The position numbers were made by a program, and so were the translations under genes. A stretch of DNA of 64,000 nucleotides from an uncultured virus (IMG/VR IMGVR_UViG_3300032560_000010) (taxonomy: Duplodnaviria; Heunggongvirae; Uroviricota; Caudoviricetes): IMG/VR virus record IMGVR_UViG_3300032560_000010, positions 1 to 64,000 of that record. One strand, 5' to 3'. Shown here piece after piece: positions 16,524 to 23,646 of this stretch (position 1 is the stretch's first letter; each line of letters opens with the position of its first letter). The notes below the pieces were generated by a model. That model worked only from the letters and a program-made list of their open reading frames with translations, searched no databases and was not told the DNA's origin.

Positions 16524-16949
16524 TCAGATAAAAACTTTCAAAGCTTTTAAGTCCTCTCCAACGTTTTCTTCTTCGATTGGACCTATACCAAGACAAACCG
16601 TAGTAGGTTGACTAAATACCGTTACTCCGGCGTCAGTGACAAGCGAAGTTCCACATATATCTTTATATGCTGTTTGTAGTGTAACTAATTCCTCAATGGT
16701 TTCAACAGCTAAAGTTATTTTATATGCCTTCTCAGTATTTTGGTAAGCTAAAGCTTGCATAGCTGCACCCCAATTAGCTGGGGTATGAGCATTAGCGCCA
16801 CCGCAGTCTAATATAACAGAATGAATTGCATCCCAATATGAATGAAGATATGCATGGCCAGCCATCGAAGCTAATTTACCACGATTACCATTCATTTTCT
16901 TTACAGATTCTTTTGCAAAGATACAATACATCACAATTTTAGACATCAT
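16524..16949 (-). CDS. peptidyl-tRNA hydrolase, Pth2 family
   Basis: GKLASMAGHA, KITL, DAGVT, TTVCLGIGP are Pth2 signature motifs. Confidence 0.85.
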   Translation of the reverse strand: MMSKIVMYCIFAKESVKKMNGNRGKLASMAGHAYLHSYWDAIHSVILDCGGANAHTPANWGAAMQALAYQNTEKAYKITLAVETIEELVTLQTAYKDICGTSLVTDAGVTVFSQPTTVCLGIGPIEEENVGEDLKALKVFI

Positions 16950-17121
16950 ATTTCCCTAATACCAACCGTTCAAATCCTCGTTTAGCTGCGGCCAAATCTT
17001 TCATGCCACATTCAAAACAAACTTCTTCACTATTAGGTCCATACGGACGAGTTTCTGCAATTTTATGACAAAGATCGCATACTCCATCATCCTCTGGTTG
17101 GATAATTCCAAATCTACTCAT
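16939..17121 (-). CDS. small Zn-finger protein
   Basis: CDLC...RPYGP...CFEC. Confidence 0.7.
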   Translation of the reverse strand: MSRFGIIQPEDDGVCDLCHKIAETRPYGPNSEEVCFECGMKDLAAAKRGFERLVLGKYDV

Positions 17122-17137
17122 AATAAATTCCTTAAAA

Positions 17138-17228
17138 TGGTGCGCCCGTCGAGACTTGAACTCGAACCAACCCCTAATCTGGGCATCCGGGATATAAATC
17201 CGGTCGTGCTACCTTACACTACAAGCGC
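17138..17228 (-). tRNA. tRNA-Ile(TAT) with long variable arm
   Basis: GCGCTTG/CGGGCGC-A-CCA; CCGGA TTTATAT CCCGG; ~21-nt variable region. Confidence 0.75.
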
Positions 17229-17235
17229 ATTAATT

Positions 17236-17310
17236 TGGTGCATCTTGAAGGTTACGCTCCTTCTATTCCTGCGTGTCGGGCAGGTATGATAACTACTTCA
17301 TCAAAGATGC
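17236..17310 (-). tRNA. tRNA-Val(GAC)
   Basis: CCTGC CCGACAC GCAGG (C33); T-loop AGCGTAA. Confidence 0.85.
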
Positions 17311-17325
17311 ATTCATTATATAAAC

Positions 17326-17388
17326 TGTGGGCTGATATGCGACTTTATATCAGTTTCCCTTGACTACCTCTAGGCGCTGTCAAGACCA
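17326..17388 (-). ncRNA. putative two-hairpin structured RNA between tRNA-His and tRNA-Val
   Basis: CTTGAC/GTCAAG and CTGATAT/ATATCAG stems, possibly closed by TGG/CCA. Confidence 0.4.
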
Positions 17389-17393
17389 TTTTC

Positions 17394-17469
17394 TGGGGTG
17401 GTTAACGGGTAACGATCCCGTCACTTCGGCTTCACAGGCCGACATGTATCCATCAACACCTTAACCACC
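17394..17469 (-). tRNA. tRNA-His(GTG) with encoded G-1 and C73
   Basis: G-GTGGTTA/TAACCAC-C-CCA; TCGGC CTGTGAA GCCGA. Confidence 0.9.
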
Positions 17470-17479
17470 ATAAAATATT

Positions 17480-17567
17480 TGGAGGACATTGTGGGTTCGA
17501 ATCCCACTATGCTCTTTCGAGAACGGATTAAGAGTCCGTTGCTTTCAACCTATTCCGCCATATGTCC
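17480..17567 (-). tRNA. tRNA with CTT (Lys) anticodon on a class II (V-arm) body
   Basis: ACGGA CTCTTAA TCCGT; V-arm CTC GAAA GAG; U73; T-loop ATTCGAA. Confidence 0.8.
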
Positions 17568-17720
17568 ATTTAAATCTCTAATATTTGGTGACGTTCTGCG
17601 TATATGATCACTAAACTTTTCACCATAAATACTTTCTGTTCTTACCCCGTTGATTTTCCACGGCTTACACGCCGTACATCCAGATCGTTGATTTTTACTT
17701 TTACCTCTTTTATGATGCAT
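17550..17720 (-). CDS. small basic CxxC protein; stop inside the tRNA(CTT)
   Basis: MHHKRGKSKNQRSGCTACKPWK; GAGGG RBS. Confidence 0.65.
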   Translation of the reverse strand: MHHKRGKSKNQRSGCTACKPWKINGVRTESIYGEKFSDHIRRTSPNIRDLNGHMAE

Positions 17721-17738
17721 ATTTCCCTCATAAAATAA

Positions 17739-17820
17739 TGGTGCCCTAGGAGGGACTCGAACCCCCATACTCCAATTACGGCGTTGATGACCGCTTAGAA
17801 GGCGGGACCGATACTAGGGC
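17739..17820 (-). tRNA. tRNA-Arg(TCT)-like with missing or relocated D-arm
   Basis: Perfect acceptor and T-arm; CCGC CTTCTAA GCGG; only 8 nt before the anticodon stem and 24 nt after it. Confidence 0.7.
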
Positions 17821-17827
17821 ATTAAAA

Positions 17828-18019
17828 TTAAATCTTATCAAAAATATCGTCAATAATAACCATATCAATCCCATGATCACGATCATTTTTAACCACACCT
17901 CTTCGAATATTAATTTTATATTCGATCAATGCTTCACGTATAACTTCTATTTCAATATTTGTAAATTCTTTAATAATTTGTTTACTTTGATTGGTGATGT
18001 CAACAATATTCGACATCAC
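17828..18019 (-). CDS. hypothetical protein
   Basis: ORF track; coupled to the upstream gene. Confidence 0.6.
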   Translation of the reverse strand: MMSNIVDITNQSKQIIKEFTNIEIEVIREALIEYKINIRRGVVKNDRDHGIDMVIIDDIFDKI

Positions 18020-18204
18020 AAGCTCTCCAAAAAATTATTAGCACTATCCATCCAATCCATAACTTCTGGTTGAAGTTCTTCTCCTTGGCGTTTAGCATTA
18101 ATCAATTCACAAAAACGAGTTTCGATTATTGTGCGATTTTCATGCTTAAGATCTGGAAACTTGAAAACAAGAACTTCAGTCATAACTAGAACTCCTACAC
18201 TCAA
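18016..18204 (-). CDS. hypothetical protein
   Basis: AGGAG RBS before MTEVL (18183). Confidence 0.6.
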   Translation of the reverse strand: MSVGVLVMTEVLVFKFPDLKHENRTIIETRFCELINAKRQGEELQPEVMDWMDSANNFLESL

Positions 18205-18257
18205 AATATAACGGAGGGTTCCTCAATCATTAAATGATCCCCACCCACAATGAAAAC

Positions 18258-18334
18258 TGGCTCCCTAAACAGGATTCGAACCTGTAACAATCTGATTAAC
18301 AGTCAGACGCCAGTACCAATCCGGCCCCTAGGGA
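18258..18334 (-). tRNA. tRNA-Asn(GTT)
   Basis: TCCCTAG/TTAGGGA-G-CCA; TCTGA CTGTTAA TCAGA. Confidence 0.95.
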
Positions 18335-18394
18335 ATAAAACTTTCTAACTCTATATATAGTAGAATTTACTATATGTCAACATATTTTTTTCTA

Positions 18395-18625
18395 TTATCC
18401 CATCAAAAGAGATGTGCCAAGAGCAAGAGCATCGTGAAAAGATAAATCAATATTACTTTTATATGTGGTAATATCGTTTTCTATTAGTTCATTTTGATAT
18501 AAGCCATTCCCCAAATAATTTGTTCTTACTACTACATGGGCAAACAAATTATTGGTAACAATCAACTTCAGTACAATTTCCCGGTCCAGTTCATTCATCC
18601 CTCGAACATATTCGATGTTAATCAT
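18395..18625 (-). CDS. hypothetical early protein
   Basis: AGAGGAG RBS; TTGACA promoter upstream. Confidence 0.7.
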   Translation of the reverse strand: MINIEYVRGMNELDREIVLKLIVTNNLFAHVVVRTNYLGNGLYQNELIENDITTYKSNIDLSFHDALALGTSLLMG

Positions 18626-18690
18626 AAACTATCTCCTCTTGATGTGGCTATTATACAAGAAGGGAGTATATGTGTCAACCATTAAAAACA

Positions 18691-18698
18691 CATAAATA
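18691..18698 (+). promoter_or_regulatory. T4-type late promoter
   Basis: CATAAATA, the same motif found upstream of gp18, gp22 and gp67. Confidence 0.75.
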
Positions 18699-18721
18699 TC
18701 AAAAATCGGAGATATATTTTA

Positions 18722-19540
18722 ATGAAATCGTTCAAATCATTTATCAAATCATTTATCAAAAAAGCTATCTTAATAACTGCTGTGCCTACCCATGGCAAGC
18801 ATGCCCAAGAAAAGCCACCAATTATAACGGCAGAACCTGTTCATGGTAAACATGCTATAAAAGAAGACAATGACGCTTATTATGATTGGAATTACCATAA
18901 CGATAATAGTCATCTTGGCAAAGATACACAAGACGTTCATAATAAAATAAATCTATCTACGAATCAATTTAAAAAGAAACATGGATCAGCTAGTGTCGAA
19001 CATCTCCATAATTATTCAGCATTTAGTCAAGATACTAATAGACACCTCATTCATAAAGCTGTAGGAGGAAAATCCCCCTTTGAAAATAATCTTGGACTGG
19101 ATCCTGTCAAAAGAGAATCCAATGCTAAAGATATGGTTCATGGAGTTGATCATGCATTAAAAAATTCCAAACTTGACCATGATTTACATGTGTATCATGG
19201 AACTAATACATGGCACCCCGGAGAAGAATCGGCTAAACATTCAGAAGGTATAGTGCATTTACCTACATATTTATCAACTTCGATTAGTAAATCTGTAGGT
19301 GTTGATTATACTCATCCACATACTAAATTAGAAAATAAAGGTCATCATATTCTCCATATTCACCTCAAAAAAGGTCAACATGGGGCATATCTTGGTAACA
19401 ATTCTTGTTTTGATGGAGAACATGAATTTCTGATGCCAAGAGATACAAAATTAAAGATTCATCCAGAACCAACTAAACTTAAATATGATGGTAATGATTT
19501 ACATGTATGGCATGCACACGTAGTAGACAACGAGGAATAA
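18722..19540 (+). CDS. ADP-ribosyltransferase (Alt/VIP2-like), putative virion-packaged
   Basis: VYHG, YLSTS, EHEFL motifs; MKSFKSF leader; 2x PxHGKH. Confidence 0.8.
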   Translation: MKSFKSFIKSFIKKAILITAVPTHGKHAQEKPPIITAEPVHGKHAIKEDNDAYYDWNYHNDNSHLGKDTQDVHNKINLSTNQFKKKHGSASVEHLHNYSAFSQDTNRHLIHKAVGGKSPFENNLGLDPVKRESNAKDMVHGVDHALKNSKLDHDLHVYHGTNTWHPGEESAKHSEGIVHLPTYLSTSISKSVGVDYTHPHTKLENKGHHILHIHLKKGQHGAYLGNNSCFDGEHEFLMPRDTKLKIHPEPTKLKYDGNDLHVWHAHVVDNEE

Positions 19541-19542
19541 AT

Positions 19543-20415
19543 ATGAAGAATTTTAAAGATTACATGGTAGCTAATGAATTTGATGGTATTCCATTAATGC
19601 CAATTCCTACTCACGGAAAACATTCCATCCCATCTGATTCGGAAGAAGATGATAAAATACCGATGATACCTGATATGGTACACGGTAAGCATTCATTTAA
19701 AGAAGAAAATGAGCATAATTTTCCTCCTGTCACAAAATCGGCAGCATGGTCTAGCCATAGCAATAATGAAAATTCTCATTTAGGAAACAATGTAGAAGAG
19801 GTGCATCAAAAATTAGACATGCCTCGTGAAAAATTCGAATCGACTCCCTCATATGACCACGTACATAATTATACTTGTAGCTCTAATAGATTAAATAAAA
19901 ATCTTATTAAAAAAGCTAAAGGAATGGATCCATTTAAAAGTGAAAAATGGGAAGACTCTGGTGTTAGACGAGATAAAAGACATCTAAAACAAGTTCATAA
20001 CGAAAAAGTAAAGGACATAGACGAAGCATTAAAACATCATACTCTTGACCATGATTTACATGTATACCATGGAACAGACGCTTTTAATCCAGATGAATTA
20101 GCCAAACAACATCCACAAAGAAAAATTAAATCAGCTGCATATATGTCAACATCTATCGACAAAGAGAAAGCTATGGGGTTTGCTGGTAAAGAGCCGGGAA
20201 ATGCGGAACCATATCAGAGTGCCCATAGTGATTCCCATATTCTGCACGTTCATCTCAAAAAAGGACAACATGGAATGTATTTGGGTAGTCATAGTAATTT
20301 TGAAAAAGAAAAAGAATTTCTACTTCCTAGAAATACCACAATGAAAGTTCATCCAGAGCCAACTGTTATGGATAACGGAGTGAAGGTATGGCATGCACAT
20401 GTGGTAGGGCGTTAA
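19543..20415 (+). CDS. ADP-ribosyltransferase paralog, putative virion-packaged
   Basis: VYHG, YMSTS, EKEFLLPR motifs; MKNFKDY leader; 2x HGKH. Confidence 0.8.
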   Translation: MKNFKDYMVANEFDGIPLMPIPTHGKHSIPSDSEEDDKIPMIPDMVHGKHSFKEENEHNFPPVTKSAAWSSHSNNENSHLGNNVEEVHQKLDMPREKFESTPSYDHVHNYTCSSNRLNKNLIKKAKGMDPFKSEKWEDSGVRRDKRHLKQVHNEKVKDIDEALKHHTLDHDLHVYHGTDAFNPDELAKQHPQRKIKSAAYMSTSIDKEKAMGFAGKEPGNAEPYQSAHSDSHILHVHLKKGQHGMYLGSHSNFEKEKEFLLPRNTTMKVHPEPTVMDNGVKVWHAHVVGR

Positions 20416-20735
20416 GCGGTTTCATCCTGCATTTCGAGGCCGTTCCACCATACTAGTCCATAAAATCTTTTCAAAATCTTGTCTTTTACACTATTCTTAA
20501 AATTCGGATAACTTATTTTATTGATGATCGATTCTGATATAATATGGGCGAACAATTTTTTGCTCACACTAATACGATATGCATAATCGGAATTAGGAAC
20601 CGTGTAAATTTCATTAATTCTTTCAGGGAAAACCGCTTCTAGGTGTTCCTTTCGTCGTGCCCTTACCATAAGAAAATCATGGTCATTACGATCTTCGACC
20701 GCAGATAAAAATCCATTATTCAAACAAATCCACAT
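20412..20735 (-). CDS. conserved phage hypothetical protein
   Basis: MWI...GFLS, VRAR, SDYAYR, YPNFK pattern. Confidence 0.75.
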   Translation of the reverse strand: MWICLNNGFLSAVEDRNDHDFLMVRARRKEHLEAVFPERINEIYTVPNSDYAYRISVSKKLFAHIISESIINKISYPNFKNSVKDKILKRFYGLVWWNGLEMQDETA

Positions 20736-20747
20736 TATAAAAATTCC

Positions 20748-21446
20748 TCATTTATAAGAAGCTATCAATGCCTCTTTACGTTTATTAAAGTTATGGTGTA
20801 ATTCTTTCCAATTGTCAAGCCCTGATGTAGAAAAAAGGTGATGTATGTGTTTATCGTCAATATTTTTAACAGCTTCTAACCCATGTTTTTCAGCTTCAGG
20901 ATGATGCTTAAACACTGTGCTAAACACATGACCAGACGCTTCATTATTGTTTCGTAAAGAATTCTTTTCAGCTATATCCGGACCATATTCTTTACCACCA
21001 CCTCTAGCCCGAAAATGGAAAGATCCCCCATGATCTATTGCATGGAGGTTTCCAGTTTTATCATTATGAACAATATTATCATGCTCTAGCCCAACGATAT
21101 CCCAATTTTTAGTCAATGTTGCGGCATGATACATTTTTCCAATTTGATTAGCTTGGTGGTGATTAAGATTTTCAAATTCTTTTGGTTTCATTTGTCTAAC
21201 ATCTGAGTTCCATTTTGTCTTAATTCCAGATTTTTCGTGCATCTCTGGATTAACTGTATGAATTCCCATATGGTTATAAATTTTACCAGTAAGAGCCTCA
21301 GTCTTAGCTTGATCTGGATTAGCATAATGCTTTACATAAAACTTATCACCTGTTTTACTATCCTGATGTACACCACCGGGATTCGATCCATATTGTGTAC
21401 CTGAGACAGGTTTAAGTTCTTCTAAAAACATACGAAAAGATTTCAT
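20748..21446 (-). CDS. PI3K/HipA-like kinase-fold protein, putative virion-packaged
   Basis: GSNPGG, FYVK, NWD...DNIV, IDHGG motifs; MKSFRMFLEE leader; CATAAATA at 21464-21471. Confidence 0.7.
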   Translation of the reverse strand: MKSFRMFLEELKPVSGTQYGSNPGGVHQDSKTGDKFYVKHYANPDQAKTEALTGKIYNHMGIHTVNPEMHEKSGIKTKWNSDVRQMKPKEFENLNHHQANQIGKMYHAATLTKNWDIVGLEHDNIVHNDKTGNLHAIDHGGSFHFRARGGGKEYGPDIAEKNSLRNNNEASGHVFSTVFKHHPEAEKHGLEAVKNIDDKHIHHLFSTSGLDNWKELHHNFNKRKEALIASYK

Positions 21447-21611
21447 GAAATTCTCCTTTCTCATATTTATGAGAATTGAACTTCCTTGGCTTTTCCTTCT
21501 TTAACCTCTTTTCTTCGTTTAGATTGTTCTTTTCCTACGGCGGGATCCCTAATACTAATCCCGCCACTCCATTCATGGATATCCAACAATACACCTTTAT
21601 AATTAGTATAT

Positions 21612-21812
21612 TCATTCAACACTTAGAAAATCCCGGTATGGAAAAGGAATAGGCTCTGGGTAAGACGGAAATTTAATATAAACTGGTGCCCACAATATCA
21701 CATGGGATTTGGTAATACTATCTACAACCCCAATTTCGTCTCCAATAAACGGCATAGGATACCGACCATCGCTTCTTTTATTTTGGATAACTTTGTCACC
21801 AACTTTAACCAT
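21612..21812 (-). CDS. hypothetical early protein (KVGD SH3-like)
   Basis: AGAGGAG RBS and promoter upstream. Confidence 0.7.
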   Translation of the reverse strand: MVKVGDKVIQNKRSDGRYPMPFIGDEIGVVDSITKSHVILWAPVYIKFPSYPEPIPFPYRDFLSVE

Positions 21813-21869
21813 GATCTATCTCCTCTTGATGTATTTCTTATACCATATTTTAAAAATATGTCAATATAA

Positions 21870-22355
21870 TTATCGAGGCAATTGTGTATTTTTTGTTTCT
21901 CTATAATCTCCAAATGAATGATCGAATTTAAATTCATATAGAAAATAAACGTTGCGAGCATAATCAGGTACAATACCGGGAGTAAATTCATATCCTAGCT
22001 GTTTAACTAACGCTTTCATAATTTGTTTGTCGTCTGTAGACATCTTACGTTCTTCTGGTAGGATTTGTCCCTCTTCGCCTACAGCAGGATGCGTATGTAT
22101 AAAATACAACATACGACTATCATCTTCCCATGGAAGAGTCACACTTACACTAGAATCATTAAAAGAGGTGAAAATATTTGTAACTTTACAAATACCTTTG
22201 GATTCGTAAATAATAAATCCATGCTCAAACCCATCTTCATGTGCCAACCTAGACGCTTCAATTGACTTTTCCATAAGAAGAGGTTGTGCATCACAAGCAT
22301 ATGCAGTGCTGGAACTAACAATAAGCAAAGTCATCCCTAAAATCATTTTAAACAT
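21870..22355 (-). CDS. signal-peptide-bearing JAB/MPN-like protein
   Basis: Signal peptide ...STAYA; EHG, HTHP and S..D JAB-like motif. Confidence 0.55.
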   Translation of the reverse strand: MFKMILGMTLLIVSSSTAYACDAQPLLMEKSIEASRLAHEDGFEHGFIIYESKGICKVTNIFTSFNDSSVSVTLPWEDDSRMLYFIHTHPAVGEEGQILPEERKMSTDDKQIMKALVKQLGYEFTPGIVPDYARNVYFLYEFKFDHSFGDYRETKNTQLPR

Positions 22356-22423
22356 AATATACTCTCCTAATCAATGATTATACGTTACCATATTTTTAAA
22401 ATATGTCAATAGATATTTTCAAA

Positions 22424-23149
22424 TTAGTTTGTAATACACAACATTTCAGAAGTGGTACGGGTCACCGCACGAGAAAGATTAACATTATTTGCCGTCTCTT
22501 GTCCCTTACGGTACGCTGAATAATCTTTCACAGTTGTAGACGTATTGGATTTGCGAAGCTTAATTCCATGTTCTGCAAAAGCATCTTCTACAATTTGATT
22601 CTTCAAAACCATCAAACTGGTTCCACCACATGCCCGCATTTCATTAACATTTTCTGCCTTCATTTCGTTAATGCGACTTGCCAGCCTATAGCCCATACCT
22701 GTAATAAAAGAAGATGAGGTAGCACGACGATTAGAACTATTAATCCAAGCCGGAGTTTTCTTAAACTTTTCTGTCTCATTTTTAATAGCATTATCAATGA
22801 CATCATATAGATACTTGGCAACCAGAATATCATTCTCTTGGCCAAAGAAAGTATATCGTATACCGTCAAAACCACGATTGCTCCAAACTTTACAATTAGT
22901 AAAGCCTGCGATTGCAGAAAGGGCAAAATAAACTCCATGGCGATGCTTAGAACCGGTATAAATTATTTCTGATACACAAGGTTCATCCCGAACTTCGACT
23001 TCATCCATGGAAAGGTTATATTGATTCAACAACTTACCGACCATAAAAATTGCGGCCTCGGCTTCGGCCTCTGTACAACCGTTATCGATAGTCTTAGCAG
23101 CCAATGCACGGATACGGGCTTTGATATTTTCAATCTTGGTGTTGGTCAT
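22424..23149 (-). CDS. DUF2786-domain protein
   Basis: RIRALAAK...GCTEAEAEAA...KLL.QY; SFITG; AYRKG. Confidence 0.8.
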   Translation of the reverse strand: MTNTKIENIKARIRALAAKTIDNGCTEAEAEAAIFMVGKLLNQYNLSMDEVEVRDEPCVSEIIYTGSKHRHGVYFALSAIAGFTNCKVWSNRGFDGIRYTFFGQENDILVAKYLYDVIDNAIKNETEKFKKTPAWINSSNRRATSSSFITGMGYRLASRINEMKAENVNEMRACGGTSLMVLKNQIVEDAFAEHGIKLRKSNTSTTVKDYSAYRKGQETANNVNLSRAVTRTTSEMLCITN

Positions 23150-23200
23150 GATGAAATCTCCGTCTTGTTGAAAATTGGTATATCAGATTTAAAATCTATG

Positions 23201-23566
23201 TCAAATCATTTTTTCAATTTTTTCACAAATTTTCAACATTTCCAGTCGAATTGTTTTTAGATTTCCATTATCCAAAATATTTGAAATTTCCTTCTTAATA
23301 AGATTACGATTTCTTTCATCCTGTTGGTTTTTAATCATTTCGGAATAGGTGTCTTCGGTCACAATATTCCAACTCCTAAAACTACTAAAAAGATTGATTT
23401 CGGAACAACGATTATTAAATTTAATTTCTTCTGGTCCTGATATAACAGTAATCCTTCCAGTAGGAGTCTTGTTTGTGACCTTACCTGTACGATACAGATC
23501 GTAAGGAGACCTCAGAAAAACAGTGTCGCCAACATTGATGGATTCGGTTGTGAACAATATGGTCAT
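23201..23566 (-). CDS. hypothetical early protein
   Basis: GAGG RBS and TTGACA promoter. Confidence 0.7.
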   Translation of the reverse strand: MTILFTTESINVGDTVFLRSPYDLYRTGKVTNKTPTGRITVISGPEEIKFNNRCSEINLFSSFRSWNIVTEDTYSEMIKNQQDERNRNLIKKEISNILDNGNLKTIRLEMLKICEKIEKMI

Positions 23567-23646
23567 AGTTAATTCCTCTATCTATGAAGGTTCTTATATA
23601 TTAAATAAAATCTTTGTCAACACTTATTTTATATAAATAAGGATGA

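Noticed and set aside
21539..21566. GC hairpin ggcgggat...atcccgcc as a novel ncRNA
   Set aside because: More simply a terminator-like stem separating early genes from the late kinase gene; no further structure.
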